DNA of 64,000 nt, taken from contig CAVVLO010000003.1 in NCBI GenBank assembly GCA_963749155.1, forward strand, positions 384,001-448,000, read 5' to 3'. The stretch's first letter is position 1. Every line of letters begins with the position of its first letter. Source of the DNA: an uncultured Armatimonadia bacterium. Lineage in GTDB: Bacteria; Armatimonadota; Zipacnadia; CAVVLO01. Under the pieces are notes generated by a model, which saw nothing but the letters and a program-made list of their open reading frames with translations, was not told where the DNA came from and did no database searches. The translations under genes and the position numbers were made by a program. This document shows positions 11,813-21,521 of this stretch, one piece after another.

Positions 11813-13082
11813 TCACTCACTTGCAGGCTGAGCTGGCGCCCAGGGCAACCACACGCTGAAGGCGCTGCCCTTGCCCACTGTGCTGTCTACCCAGATGCGT
11901 CCGCCATGGGCTTCAGCGACCAGCTTGCAGAAAGTCAGCCCCAGGCCGGTCGAATACTTGTGGCCTTCGTTGCGAACACTTGCCTGGCCGAACTTCTCGA
12001 AGATTCGCTCGCGGTCCTGCTCGGGGATGCCAGGCCCGTTGTCGACGACCGAGAAGACAAAACCTTCGTCCTCGCAGCGGCTGCTGATGCGGATGGACCC
12101 GCCAACCGGCGTGAACTTCATCGCATTGCCCAGCAGGTTAATCAAGACTCTGCGCAGCTTCTCGGCGTCAGCCACAAGAGGGCGCGCGCACTGTTCGAGC
12201 AGGCTGACAGTGAGGCTTTGGCTGCGCTCGTGGGCCAGCGTTTTGACCTGGGAGAGAGCCAGCTCTGCCAGGGCGTTGAAGTCCACCTCGGCCAGTTCCA
12301 GCTGCATCTGGCCGCTCTCCAGCTTGTTGACATCAAGCAGCGTGTTGATCATCTCGAGCAGTGTCTGCCCGCTAGTCAACGCCATTGGCACGAACTCATG
12401 GGTCAGCTCGGGTTCGTAGCCGGTATTTACGATGGTCTTCAAGGCGCCGATGATGGTCGTTAGCGGGGTGCGCAGATCATGGACAATCATATGGACGAGC
12501 GAATCGCGCAGCTCTTCCAGCTCCAGTATCTGTTTCGCTCTGAGCTTGTCGTAAGCGGCACTCGCAATAAGGCTGCTGACCACCTGGAGGAACTCGGCGG
12601 TGGCGGTAATGCGCTCTTCGGGCATTACAAGGGCGGCGTTAGCCACGGCTTCGCCCTCTTCAGGCTTCATCCCGCCCTCGATGGCGATCTCGCGGAAGTG
12701 TTCGATGTCAGGGGGCTCGGGCAGGCTGCGGGCGAAAACGACATAACCCACGACTTGCTCTTTGACGCGGATGGGAACCGCGGCATCCTTGAAGCCGCCC
12801 GCGGCACTTGTGGTAGACGACTTCATCCTGAAAATGGACCTGACGCAGCTGGGCTTCCAGCTCGGGTTCGGGTACATCCCACTTCTGGCGGCGCAGGCAA
12901 AGAGTGCCCTGGCCCCCATCTACCAGCGAGCCACAGAACTGTAGCGGCTGGCTGACAGGGGTCAAAGGCACTCCATTTTGATCCGTGAACACGAGCGGGA
13001 TGCCTGTTAGCATCTCGAAAAGTCGCTTCAGTCTTTCAAGTAACTCGGTCGAGGTCAACTCGCCGAGGTTCAGTTCTGTCAT
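11813..13082 (-). CDS. PocR-domain sensor histidine kinase (frameshift near 12805)
   Basis: N-terminal PocR-like Cys pattern (FC..., C.GG.KDAAVPI), H-box HDLRTPL, NLLGNAMKF, DNGPGI, GLGLTFC. Confidence 0.85.
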
Positions 13083-13109
13083 TACGCCTTCCCTTGCCAG
13101 CCTTAGCGA

Positions 13110-13823
13110 CTAGTCGGGCACTCTGCCGGCTTTGGCCGCATCGCGAGCAGCCTGGGCATGGGGAGAAACCGTATCTACGCGCGCTTCCAGAATCTTGTCG
13201 CCCTTGCGAATCTGGTCTACGACGTCCATCCCTTCGAGCACTTTGCCGAAGACGGTGTGCTTCATATCCAGGTGGCCAGTGGCATTAGGCCCGCCCAGGC
13301 AGACGAAGAACTGGCTGCCACCGGTATTGGGGGCCGAGGTCTTGGCCATAGAGAGCATCCCGCGATCATGCTTGAGGTTGGGCCGCACTTCATCGGGGAT
13401 GGTGAATCCTGGGCCGCCGGTGCCGTTGCCCTTGGGGTCGCCGCCCTGGATGACGAAGCCTGGCTCTACCCGGTGGAAAGTGACGCCGTTGTAGAAACCT
13501 TCTTCCGATAGCAGCAGGAAGCTGCCGGCGGTGATGGGAGTATCCTCATCGAAAAGTTGCAATTTGATGTCGCCTTTGTCGGTCACAAGCGTGATTGTTG
13601 TCATATCTCCCTCTGCTGGTTTAGTGGTGGTGGCTGGCTCGGCCGGAGTAACAGGCGCTGGCGGCGCAGCCGTTGGGGCGACCTGGTCGGGCGCCTGGGC
13701 TGATTGCTGGCAGCCGGTAAGGCCGATGCCAAGCCAAAGGCCAAGTGCGACTACTAGCAGTACTTTACCGAACTTTGCTCCGAGCGAATATACATCTAGC
13801 CCTGAAGCTGTCATCTGGCTCAC
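13110..13823 (-). CDS. Cyclophilin-type peptidyl-prolyl isomerase, probable lipoprotein
   Basis: FHRVEPGFVIQGGDP, GMLSMA, GSQFF, HLDMKHTVFG; lipobox LTGC followed by a Pro/Ala-rich linker. Confidence 0.93.
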   Translation of the reverse strand: MSQMTASGLDVYSLGAKFGKVLLVVALGLWLGIGLTGCQQSAQAPDQVAPTAAPPAPVTPAEPATTTKPAEGDMTTITLVTDKGDIKLQLFDEDTPITAGSFLLLSEEGFYNGVTFHRVEPGFVIQGGDPKGNGTGGPGFTIPDEVRPNLKHDRGMLSMAKTSAPNTGGSQFFVCLGGPNATGHLDMKHTVFGKVLEGMDVVDQIRKGDKILEARVDTVSPHAQAARDAAKAGRVPD

Positions 13824-13894
13824 CTCAAATACGGTAGCTTGCCTTGCGAAGTCCTATTTTGGCATTAGATGGCCCGAGGCGCAAGGGCACAGGC

Positions 13895-13919
13895 AGGAAA
13901 GCCCCCGCCCAGGCAGAAG
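13895..13919 (+). promoter_or_regulatory. AGGA-N17-GAAG promoter
   Basis: Upstream of the UroD-family gene at 13954. Confidence 0.55.
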
Positions 13920-13953
13920 CTAGCAGCACTCTGAAATCCAGTGAGGCGCGCTT

Positions 13954-15177
13954 ATGACCTCTCGAGAATTGGTACTTTCTGCTTTTAATCATAAAGAGAC
14001 AGCCGAGATTCCGCTGGATCTTGGGGGCCACCGGTCTTCAGGTGTAGCGGCAATCGCTTATGCCCGGTTGCGAGACTATCTTCGACTGCCCAGGCGGCCT
14101 GTCAGGGTCTACGATCCCCCCCAGCAGCTTGCCGTACTGGACGAGGATGTGCTGGACCTGTTTGGGGTAGACACGATTGAGCTGGGCAGGGCTTTCGCCC
14201 AGGCAGAAGAGCACTGGCAACCCTGGCCCCTGCCGGAAGGCACCCAGGCGTTCCTGCCCGCCTGGATTAACGTCGAGCGCGTCGAGGGCGCCTGGCGCCT
14301 GCTTAATGATAACGGTCTGGAGCTCGCTCGGATGCCCGATGGGGCGCTGTACTTCGAGCAGACCCACTTCCCCTTCTACAAAGCGCCTGTTGACCTGACC
14401 CGACTTGGCGATGCGCTTGAGGAAGCAATGTGGACTGCCGTGGCCTCACCACCCGGCCCGCTTGCGCCAGATTCCGCCACCTTGCGCGAAGGAGCCCTCA
14501 GGTTGCGGGCCAGTTCAGACCGCGCTTTGATTGGGCTCTTTGGCGGCAACCTGTTCGAGATGGGCACCTTCCTCTACAGGATGGACCGCTTTCTGGAATT
14601 ACTGGCCGCCGACCCTGACGAGGCGCACGCTTTCCTCGACAAGGTGGTCGAACTGCACCTGGCCAATCTGGAAACCTTCCTCGAGGCGGTGGGCGATGTA
14701 ATCGACATCATCCTGTTCGGTGATGATCTGGGGATGCAGACCGGCCCGCTGATGTCGCCAGCGATGTACAGGGAGTTCTTCAAGTCGCGTCACGCCTTGC
14801 TTTGGCAGAGGGCCAAAGAGCTTGCGCCTGTGAAGGTGATGCTGCACTCCTGCGGGAGCCTGCGCGCGCTGCTACCCGACCTTATTGAGGCCGGGCTGGA
14901 CGCGGTAAATCCAGTGCAGATAACCTGCGCCGGGATGGAACCTGTAGAGCTCAAACGCGAGTTCGGGCGCGACCTGGTATTTTGGGGCGGAGGCTGCGAC
15001 ACTCGAGAGGTGCTGCCTCATGGTACGCCCGCCCAGGTGAGCGACCATGTGAAGCGTCAGATCTCAGTGCTGGCGCGGGATGGAGGCTTTGTTTTCCAGC
15101 AAGTGCATAACGTAATGGCCGATGTGCCACCCGCCAATCTGGAAGCGATGCTGAGGGCCGTAAAAAGTCCGAGATAA
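13954..15177 (+). CDS. Uroporphyrinogen decarboxylase/MtaA-CmuA family protein
   Basis: MTSRE start, GDDLGMQ, MSPAMYREF, LHSCGS, FWGGGCDT, GGFVFQQVHN. Confidence 0.88.
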   Translation: MTSRELVLSAFNHKETAEIPLDLGGHRSSGVAAIAYARLRDYLRLPRRPVRVYDPPQQLAVLDEDVLDLFGVDTIELGRAFAQAEEHWQPWPLPEGTQAFLPAWINVERVEGAWRLLNDNGLELARMPDGALYFEQTHFPFYKAPVDLTRLGDALEEAMWTAVASPPGPLAPDSATLREGALRLRASSDRALIGLFGGNLFEMGTFLYRMDRFLELLAADPDEAHAFLDKVVELHLANLETFLEAVGDVIDIILFGDDLGMQTGPLMSPAMYREFFKSRHALLWQRAKELAPVKVMLHSCGSLRALLPDLIEAGLDAVNPVQITCAGMEPVELKREFGRDLVFWGGGCDTREVLPHGTPAQVSDHVKRQISVLARDGGFVFQQVHNVMADVPPANLEAMLRAVKSPR

Positions 15178-15192
15178 ATTGGCTTACCCCTG

Positions 15193-15220
15193 TTAACATT
15201 TTTCAAAGAAGTGTTATAAT
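15193..15220 (+). promoter_or_regulatory. Sigma70-type promoter of the first pilin-like gene
   Basis: TTAACA (15193-15198), 16-nt spacer, TGn-TATAAT (15215-15220). Confidence 0.65.
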
Positions 15221-15342
15221 TAAACATCGAAACTGAGCCTGCCAGGCGTTCAGAGACGATAGAAGCAGTGCAGCTTTTCTGCAGTATCGGCCGCAGGAAG
15301 CCTCTGTGGCCGCATTCTTAACTGTCCGGGGGGACACGTTAG

Positions 15343-16059
15343 ATGCAAAAGAGCAAAGGTTTTACCCTCATCGAGCTGCTCGTCGTGATCGCCATCATCG
15401 CGATCCTGGCAGCAATCCTTTTCCCTGTTTTCGCCCGTGCCCGTGAAAAGGCTCGCGCGAGCAACTGCCTCAGCAACGTCAAGCAAATGGGATTGGCTGT
15501 AATGCAGTATGTCCAGGATTATGACGGCTACTACATGTCAGTCTACGATGACAGTCAGCCCGTTGGGCGTGTCATCTGGGCCCAGAAGATCGAGCCCTAT
15601 GCCAAGAACAGGCAAATCTTCGCCTGCCCAAGTTCCGATGCCGATACCAACATGAAGAACCACATCACCTGGGGTGCTCCTGAGCTTCAGGGTACCCGCT
15701 ACCAGTGCGACATGTGCGGCGACCAGCCAATCGGTCAGGCGCCCTGGGGCGTTTTCACCGAGGCCAACTGGTGGCCCGTAAGTGAACCCATGTACGACTA
15801 TCCTTCTCAGACCGCGATGATCACCGAGTCCAACAACTGCTGGTGGCAGCATTATCATCCCCAGTGGTGCCCTGGCACCAACTATGACGACCCCAAGGGA
15901 CGCGTCATTGTAGGTCATCTTGGCGAGCAGACTTACCCCTGGCACCAGGAAGGCATCAATGCCGCTTTCATGGATGGTCATGCGAAGTTCGTTACAACCG
16001 TGCGGATTCAGAACAGCCTCAGGTTCTGGTCGCGCGCTGGCCAGCCAGATAACGGCTAG
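15343..16059 (+). CDS. Prepilin-type N-terminal cleavage/methylation, DUF1559, H-X9-DG protein (copy 1)
   Basis: [67 protein letters not shown]. Confidence 0.93.
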   Translation: MQKSKGFTLIELLVVIAIIAILAAILFPVFARAREKARASNCLSNVKQMGLAVMQYVQDYDGYYMSVYDDSQPVGRVIWAQKIEPYAKNRQIFACPSSDADTNMKNHITWGAPELQGTRYQCDMCGDQPIGQAPWGVFTEANWWPVSEPMYDYPSQTAMITESNNCWWQHYHPQWCPGTNYDDPKGRVIVGHLGEQTYPWHQEGINAAFMDGHAKFVTTVRIQNSLRFWSRAGQPDNG

Positions 16060-16084
16060 TTAGCAACCAACACAACAGCCTGGC

Positions 16085-16119
16085 AAAAAGGCGGACCCCT
16101 CGGGGTCCGCCTTTCATTT
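16085..16119 (+). terminator. Intrinsic terminator
   Basis: AAAGGCGGACCC-CTCG-GGGTCCGCCTTT followed by CATTT. Confidence 0.85.
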
Positions 16120-16218
16120 GATATTCAGAACCAGGAGATATTATGAGGCTACCAGGGAGAGAGGATTAGAAATTACTTCCTGGCATCCGCTTCATTTTAT
16201 CGTTGGGGGAATGACTAG

Positions 16219-16917
16219 ATGAAACGCAGGTCCGGCTTCACCCTTATCGAGTTGCTTGTTGTAATCGCCATTATTGCGATTTTGGCAGCAATCCTTTTCC
16301 CGGTTTTCGCCCGCGCAAGAGAGAAGGCTCGCGCGAGCAACTGCCTCAGCAACGTCAAGCAGATGGCACTAGGGGTTATGCAGTATGTCCAGGACTATGA
16401 CAGCAAGTATCCTTCGGTCTATGACGACACCTATGGTTATCGAATCATCTGGGCTGAAAAAATCAGTTTGTATGTGAAAAATAACCAGATTTTCGCCTGT
16501 CCCAGCTCGGACGCCGACACCAACATGAAAGCGCAGCCGGCTGGGCTCGAACTGCAAGGTACCCGCTATGCGATGGATATGTGCGGGGATCTCACCAACA
16601 GCGCCTGGGGTGTTTTCACTGAAGGCCCCTTCAATCCAGTTAACGAGAGCAATATGGATTATCCCTCCCAGAGCGCAATGATCATTGAGAACAATAACTG
16701 CTGGTGGCAGCATTATCATCCTCAATGGTGCCCTGGCACCAACTATGATGATGCCAAAGGGCGTGTCATCGTCGGGCATCTGGGCGAACAGACCTACCCC
16801 TGGCATCAGGAAGGCATCAACGCCGCTTACTGCGATGGGCATGCGAAGTTCCAGACCACTCGCAACATCGAGAACAACCTCAGGTTCTGGTCGCGTGGCG
16901 GTCAGCCTGACGGCTAG
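16219..16917 (+). CDS. Prepilin/DUF1559/H-X9-DG protein (copy 2)
   Basis: Same motifs; [15 protein letters not shown]. Confidence 0.93.
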   Translation: MKRRSGFTLIELLVVIAIIAILAAILFPVFARAREKARASNCLSNVKQMALGVMQYVQDYDSKYPSVYDDTYGYRIIWAEKISLYVKNNQIFACPSSDADTNMKAQPAGLELQGTRYAMDMCGDLTNSAWGVFTEGPFNPVNESNMDYPSQSAMIIENNNCWWQHYHPQWCPGTNYDDAKGRVIVGHLGEQTYPWHQEGINAAYCDGHAKFQTTRNIENNLRFWSRGGQPDG

Positions 16918-16945
16918 AGCGCTCCAGGCGGCAGCACTTCACACC

Positions 16946-16985
16946 AAAAGAGGAAGCAGGGCCTTTGGGTCCTGCTTCTTTTTCT
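16946..16985 (+). terminator. Intrinsic terminator
   Basis: GAAGCAGGGCC...GGTCCTGCTTC followed by a T run. Confidence 0.85.
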
Positions 16986-16994
16986 GTTTGTTGT

Positions 16995-17019
16995 AGGGGC
17001 TGGCGCAGAAAGGTGGAAT
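16995..17019 (+). promoter_or_regulatory. AGGG-N17-GAAT promoter
   Basis: Just after a terminator, upstream of 17066. Confidence 0.55.
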
Positions 17020-17065
17020 TGCCTGCCAGGTATTTCAACAGAGGACGCCAAGGAAGCTGAGCAAA

Positions 17066-18139
17066 TTGCGCAAGCTAATGATATTGGGAGTTTTACTTGG
17101 GGGCTTGTTTATGAGCGCTGCCGCCCTGGGAGGCCAGTCGGCTGAAATCTCATCGAACGGGAACGGTCCAGGACCAACGGATGTGGGCATCTGGTATTGC
17201 ACCTATTACGGCGAAGACTGGAACAAGGTAGGCGGGATGGGCTACCCGCCCTGCCTCTATCGGCCTCTCTGTTCGACCACGCCCGGCGATTTCCGCACCT
17301 ATGACGCCGCGGATCCCCAGGTCATAGATTTTCACCTTCAACAACTGGCCGAGGCCAGGATTGATTTTATCCTGCTGGAACTCACCCCGGGCGGTCTGGG
17401 GGGCTACCGGCCGGCAATGAAGCTTTTTGTGGACAAGGCGCGAGCAGTTGTAGAGCGACTGAAGCTCTGGAATGAGACCCACGAGTGGAAAGTTAGATAT
17501 GCCATCGCGGCAGGCTCGCATCCAGATGTCTACGGTGAGAGTCCCATAGGGCTGTGTATGGAGAAAGAAGCCCAGGATGTCTTCGAGAGCTTCCTCTACA
17601 ACGGAGATTACGGCGGCTCGGATAACTACTATCACCTTAAGGGCAAGCCGCTGCTCGTGTATTGGGGCGATATCAATTCCAACCGGGCTTCCTGGGCCGC
17701 CTATGAAGGCGACAAAACTTATGGCGACCATTTTACAATCCGTTATGCACAAGATGTCATAAGCGGAAGTTATGGCTGGAATATCTACAAGAGCGGCCCG
17801 GTATTGCATAGCGAGGTTGAGGTCGTATCGCCCGGCTGGGGTCACTATATTCGAAAAGATCCCCCCTATGTCGAGAGACTTCACGGCGACTTCTACCGCC
17901 AGTGCTGGGATACCGTGCTTGCGAATCCAAGACCGAAAGTCGTAATGATTGTGGCTTTCAACGATTATCTGGAGAACACGGCGGTCTGGACGGCGGATAC
18001 AACCAATCTGACCGACGCTGACAGGTGGGAAGACAAGACCGGGGTACTAAAGCCTGACCTCTACTGGGAGCTGACCGTAGAAAAGATCAGGGCCTTACGC
18101 GGGCTTGCAACGCCAGTGGCTAATCAGGACGAAACCTGA
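17066..18139 (+). CDS. Secreted GH71/GH99-like glycoside hydrolase
   Basis: Signal peptide, IDFHLQQLAEARIDF, YHLKGKPLLV, VSPGW, VMIVAFNDYLE. Confidence 0.6.
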   Translation: MRKLMILGVLLGGLFMSAAALGGQSAEISSNGNGPGPTDVGIWYCTYYGEDWNKVGGMGYPPCLYRPLCSTTPGDFRTYDAADPQVIDFHLQQLAEARIDFILLELTPGGLGGYRPAMKLFVDKARAVVERLKLWNETHEWKVRYAIAAGSHPDVYGESPIGLCMEKEAQDVFESFLYNGDYGGSDNYYHLKGKPLLVYWGDINSNRASWAAYEGDKTYGDHFTIRYAQDVISGSYGWNIYKSGPVLHSEVEVVSPGWGHYIRKDPPYVERLHGDFYRQCWDTVLANPRPKVVMIVAFNDYLENTAVWTADTTNLTDADRWEDKTGVLKPDLYWELTVEKIRALRGLATPVANQDET

Positions 18140-18297
18140 TTTCTCCAGGGGAAATAGACAGAAACCTGTTTCCAGAAAGAAGTCGCTTGTTGAAAGGGTA
18201 TAACTGTGGTAGGCTTGCCCGCCGGCATTTTTCTCCTATTATTGCCTGCGGTTGACCGCTGTTTCAGGGGTTTTTTATCATTCCAGGAGGGCAGTGA

Positions 18298-18999
18298 ATG
18301 CAACGCAAACAAGGCTTCACACTTATCGAGCTGCTTGTAGTAATCGCCATTATCGCGATTCTGGCAGCAATCCTTTTCCCAGTTTTCGCCCGCGCGCGCG
18401 AGAAGGCACGCGCGAGCAACTGCCTCAGCAACGTTAAGCAGATGGCTCTGGGCGTTATGCAGTATGTCCAGGACTACGACAGCAAGTACCCCTCAGTCTA
18501 CGATGACACTTATGGGTACCGCATTATCTGGGCCGAGAAAATCAGTATGTACGTGAAGAACAACCAGATCTTCGCCTGCCCCAGCTCGGACGCCGACACC
18601 AACATGAAGGCCCAGCCAGCTGGGCTGGAACTGCAGGGCACGCGTTATGCGATGGATATGTGCGGTGGTCTAGTAAACAGCGCCTGGGGCGTCTTCACTG
18701 AAGGGCCCTTTGAGCCTGTGATTGAGACCGCAATGGAGTATCCCTCACAAAGTGCTCTGATTATCGAGAACAACAACTGCTGGTGGCAGCATTATCATCC
18801 CCAGTGGCAGCCTGGTCTCAACTATGACGACGCCAAAGGGCGTGTCATCGTAGGTCACCTGGGCGAACAGACTTATCCCTGGCATCAGGAAGGCATCAAC
18901 GCCGCTTACTGCGACGGGCATGCCAAGTTCCAGGCCACTCGTAAAATCGAGAACAACCTCAGGTTCTGGTCGCGTGGTGGCCAGCCCGACGGCAGCTAG
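18298..18999 (+). CDS. Prepilin/DUF1559/H-X9-DG protein (copy 3)
   Basis: Same motifs; nearly identical in protein to copy 2. Confidence 0.93.
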   Translation: MQRKQGFTLIELLVVIAIIAILAAILFPVFARAREKARASNCLSNVKQMALGVMQYVQDYDSKYPSVYDDTYGYRIIWAEKISMYVKNNQIFACPSSDADTNMKAQPAGLELQGTRYAMDMCGGLVNSAWGVFTEGPFEPVIETAMEYPSQSALIIENNNCWWQHYHPQWQPGLNYDDAKGRVIVGHLGEQTYPWHQEGINAAYCDGHAKFQATRKIENNLRFWSRGGQPDGS

Positions 19000-19023
19000 T
19001 CAGTTTCTAGTTGTTTTGGAAGC

Positions 19024-19108
19024 CAGACCGCCTGGCGGTCTGCTTTCCCAAAACCCTGAACCGCGGTCACTTGGAAGAGCGAGCCTAAAGGCTCGCTCTT
19101 CTGTTTTT
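19024..19108 (+). terminator. Two hairpins; second is an intrinsic terminator
   Basis: CAGACCGC-ctg-GCGGTCTG (19024-19042); GAAGAGCGAGCC...GGCTCGCTCTTC-TGTTTTT (19074-19108). Confidence 0.8.
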
Positions 19109-19308
19109 GGGATCTTCCAGACTCCCCAGGCCTCAAGGCTCACTGCCTTTCAGGTTACAAAAAAACTGCCCTTTGTGCAGAATCCAGGCCAAATTAGCTT
19201 GCGCAAAAACGAGTTCGGTGTTAATTTTATATTTAGAGTGATTTTATAGGGCTTGTCCTGATCAAGCTCTAATCCCCGTTGTTTCGCCTTACCCAAGGAG
19301 GGAAAGCA

Positions 19309-20034
19309 ATGCAAAAGAAACAAGGCTTCACTCTCATCGAGTTGCTGGTGGTAATCGCCATAATCGCGATCCTGGCAGCTATCCTATTCCCAGTATTTGC
19401 TCGCGCCCGTGAGAAGGCTCGTGCGAGCAGCTGTTTGTCCAACGTCAAGCAGATAGCTCTGGCCCAGATGCAGTACCTTCAGGACTATGACAGCTGTTTC
19501 GTGCCGGTCTACAACGACAACTATGGTTATCCAGACGGTCGTCTCATCTGGGCCCAGCAAATCAGGGCTTACTGCAAGAACGATCAGATTTTCGCTTGCC
19601 CCAGTTCGGACGCTGACACAGCAATGAAGGCCCCCCTCGGGGGAGGTTTCAACGACCCACTATTTGGAACGCGCTATGCGATGGATATGAATGGCTGGTC
19701 GTGGGACGGTACGCTTGGGGTGTTCAACGAGGGTCCCTATCTCAACACCAAAGAGGGAGATTTCGAGTATCCCTCCGAGAGCGCAATGATTATAGAGAAC
19801 AACAACTGCTGGTGGCAGCATTATGGAGTGCCTTTTGGCATTGCCGGCGCTATTCCGAACTTTGATGACTCCAAGGGAAGGGTACTGGTTGGGCTTTTCC
19901 AGGAGCAGACCTACCCCTGGCATCAGGAGGGCTTTAACGCGGCCTTTGTCGATGGGCATGCCAAATTCGTGACTACCAAGAGTGTCGAGTACAATCGGCG
20001 GTTCTGGTCGCGGTGTGGCCAGCCTACCCCCTAG
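19309..20034 (+). CDS. Prepilin/DUF1559/H-X9-DG protein (copy 4, most divergent)
   Basis: [36 protein letters not shown]. Confidence 0.93.
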   Translation: MQKKQGFTLIELLVVIAIIAILAAILFPVFARAREKARASSCLSNVKQIALAQMQYLQDYDSCFVPVYNDNYGYPDGRLIWAQQIRAYCKNDQIFACPSSDADTAMKAPLGGGFNDPLFGTRYAMDMNGWSWDGTLGVFNEGPYLNTKEGDFEYPSESAMIIENNNCWWQHYGVPFGIAGAIPNFDDSKGRVLVGLFQEQTYPWHQEGFNAAFVDGHAKFVTTKSVEYNRRFWSRCGQPTP

Positions 20035-20063
20035 TGTCATTATTTAAGCGAGGCCTTGCACCG

Positions 20064-20094
20064 GAAGCGGATCCTTCGGGATCCGCTTCTTCTT
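20064..20094 (+). terminator. Intrinsic terminator between convergent genes
   Basis: GAAGCGGATCC-TTCG-GGATCCGCTTC-TTCTT with a cUUCGg loop. Confidence 0.85.
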
Positions 20095-20120
20095 GCGACT
20101 GGCCTTCAGGGGGACGCTCT

Positions 20121-21512
20121 TCACAGGTAGACAGGATCAATGCCCACGGTGAGGGCAAGTCGCCCATCGGAGGTCCTCTCCCCCGCTTCTTCTCGAGTCT
20201 GGGAATAGTCCCAGTGATACTCTACATACTGGCCTTGGGGTAGTGACAGCACCACCTCGCGCTTCAGCGAGGGCGTACCTTCCCAATCGGCGGCCCAACA
20301 AGCGCAAAGGACCTCGCCTGTTTTGCCCGTGAAGAGGTAAGCCCTGGCCTCATCACCAACCTCCAGCTCTTTTGAGAAGACAAGCTGCCCGGTCGAAAGG
20401 CCCGAGAGCAATTCGGAGCAAGTTCGATAGGCCCAGTAGGCAGGCTTGCGTTCGACTCCGACGCCATCTCGGCCAAGCTTCGAGGTGTCGCCCAGGAGGC
20501 CCATATTCTGCCAGCAGGGATCCATCAATCCATACCAGCAAACGGTAACAAGCCCCGCTGCAGCGCCACTTAGCTGAGTCTTGGGAGCAGCGGCCCTCTG
20601 CACCAGCGGCCCATACGCTTCACCTAGAGAATCATCGCCTGGATACCCGCACTCGGTGCAGAGGAACTTCGGAAGAGGCAGCTCCCTTTTCTTATACTCG
20701 CCTTTCATAAGCCCAAGCATCACGAATAGGCCCTCTTTGCGCTCGATAAGGGTGTCAGACCCAGGCCCCGCATAGGTGTGGAAATCCACGAAATCGAGAT
20801 ACTGGGCCGCGGGATAGACGGCATCGTCCAGCAGGAAGCCAAGCGTCTGCTCGAAGCAGATTTGCAGTCCCACCTTTGCGGTCGGGTCGGCATAACGCGC
20901 CGCCTGATGGGAGATGAAGACCAGCCGCGCCAGGTCGGCTAGCGTCATCCCATACCAGCCGCGCAGTAGCCTGGAGGCTGGATTTGTTGGGCGCTCAGGC
21001 CAGGGCAGCCAGTCAGGCTCATTCCAAAGGCTGTAGTAGTCAAGACGCGGGGAGCCAGGCGCATCAGCTAATCCATCTGCATCGTAGCGCTCAACGATAC
21101 GGCCGACGAAAAAGGCCCACTCGTTCTCAGGATTGAGCTGGGCGCCCTCCAGAGGCTCATCGCCGGTGGTGAAGACGGCCTGCCAAAGCCCTGCCGGCGG
21201 TTTCATCCCCTCGTCCTGGCTGCCATCTGGCCTTGTAACGTGCCAGGAGGCATTCATCAAGAAGGCCAAAGGGCTGTGTCCAGCCTCGCAGAAAGGGCGC
21301 AGATTGCCATCCGGATGGGCGATTGCATCGCCGGCCGAGAAGTCCAGCCTCATCCCCACGCGCGGCATCGTCGCGCCTGTCTCGAAGGCCCATCCGGTAA
21401 CCACAGCAGGCTCTACATTGGGCACCCAGCCGCCGTTCATCCCGAAATAGTAAGGCCCCGCAGCCGCAAAGCCAGCCAGGAGGATGAGACCAAGCATCAG
21501 GCAGACTTTCAT
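20121..21512 (-). CDS. Secreted clan GH-A glycoside hydrolase (GH39/GH5-like)
   Basis: Signal peptide, IVERYD, WNEPD acid/base motif, DFVDFHTY, TECG nucleophile motif, RKPAYWAY. Confidence 0.7.
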   Translation of the reverse strand: MKVCLMLGLILLAGFAAAGPYYFGMNGGWVPNVEPAVVTGWAFETGATMPRVGMRLDFSAGDAIAHPDGNLRPFCEAGHSPLAFLMNASWHVTRPDGSQDEGMKPPAGLWQAVFTTGDEPLEGAQLNPENEWAFFVGRIVERYDADGLADAPGSPRLDYYSLWNEPDWLPWPERPTNPASRLLRGWYGMTLADLARLVFISHQAARYADPTAKVGLQICFEQTLGFLLDDAVYPAAQYLDFVDFHTYAGPGSDTLIERKEGLFVMLGLMKGEYKKRELPLPKFLCTECGYPGDDSLGEAYGPLVQRAAAPKTQLSGAAAGLVTVCWYGLMDPCWQNMGLLGDTSKLGRDGVGVERKPAYWAYRTCSELLSGLSTGQLVFSKELEVGDEARAYLFTGKTGEVLCACWAADWEGTPSLKREVVLSLPQGQYVEYHWDYSQTREEAGERTSDGRLALTVGIDPVYL

Positions 21513-21521
21513 TGGCTTCTC

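Noticed and set aside
13954..15177. hemE assignment for the UroD-family genes
   Set aside because: They lack the HemE RQAGRY motif, carry HxCG, and have no heme pathway context
15226..15290. c-di-GMP-II riboswitch
   Set aside because: Only a GAAACUG fragment resembles it; the pseudoknot and remaining consensus are not recognisable
16219..18999. Diversity-generating retroelement acting on the pilin paralogues
   Set aside because: Copy 2/3 differences include many synonymous and non-adenine changes; no reverse transcriptase or non-coding template repeat in the window
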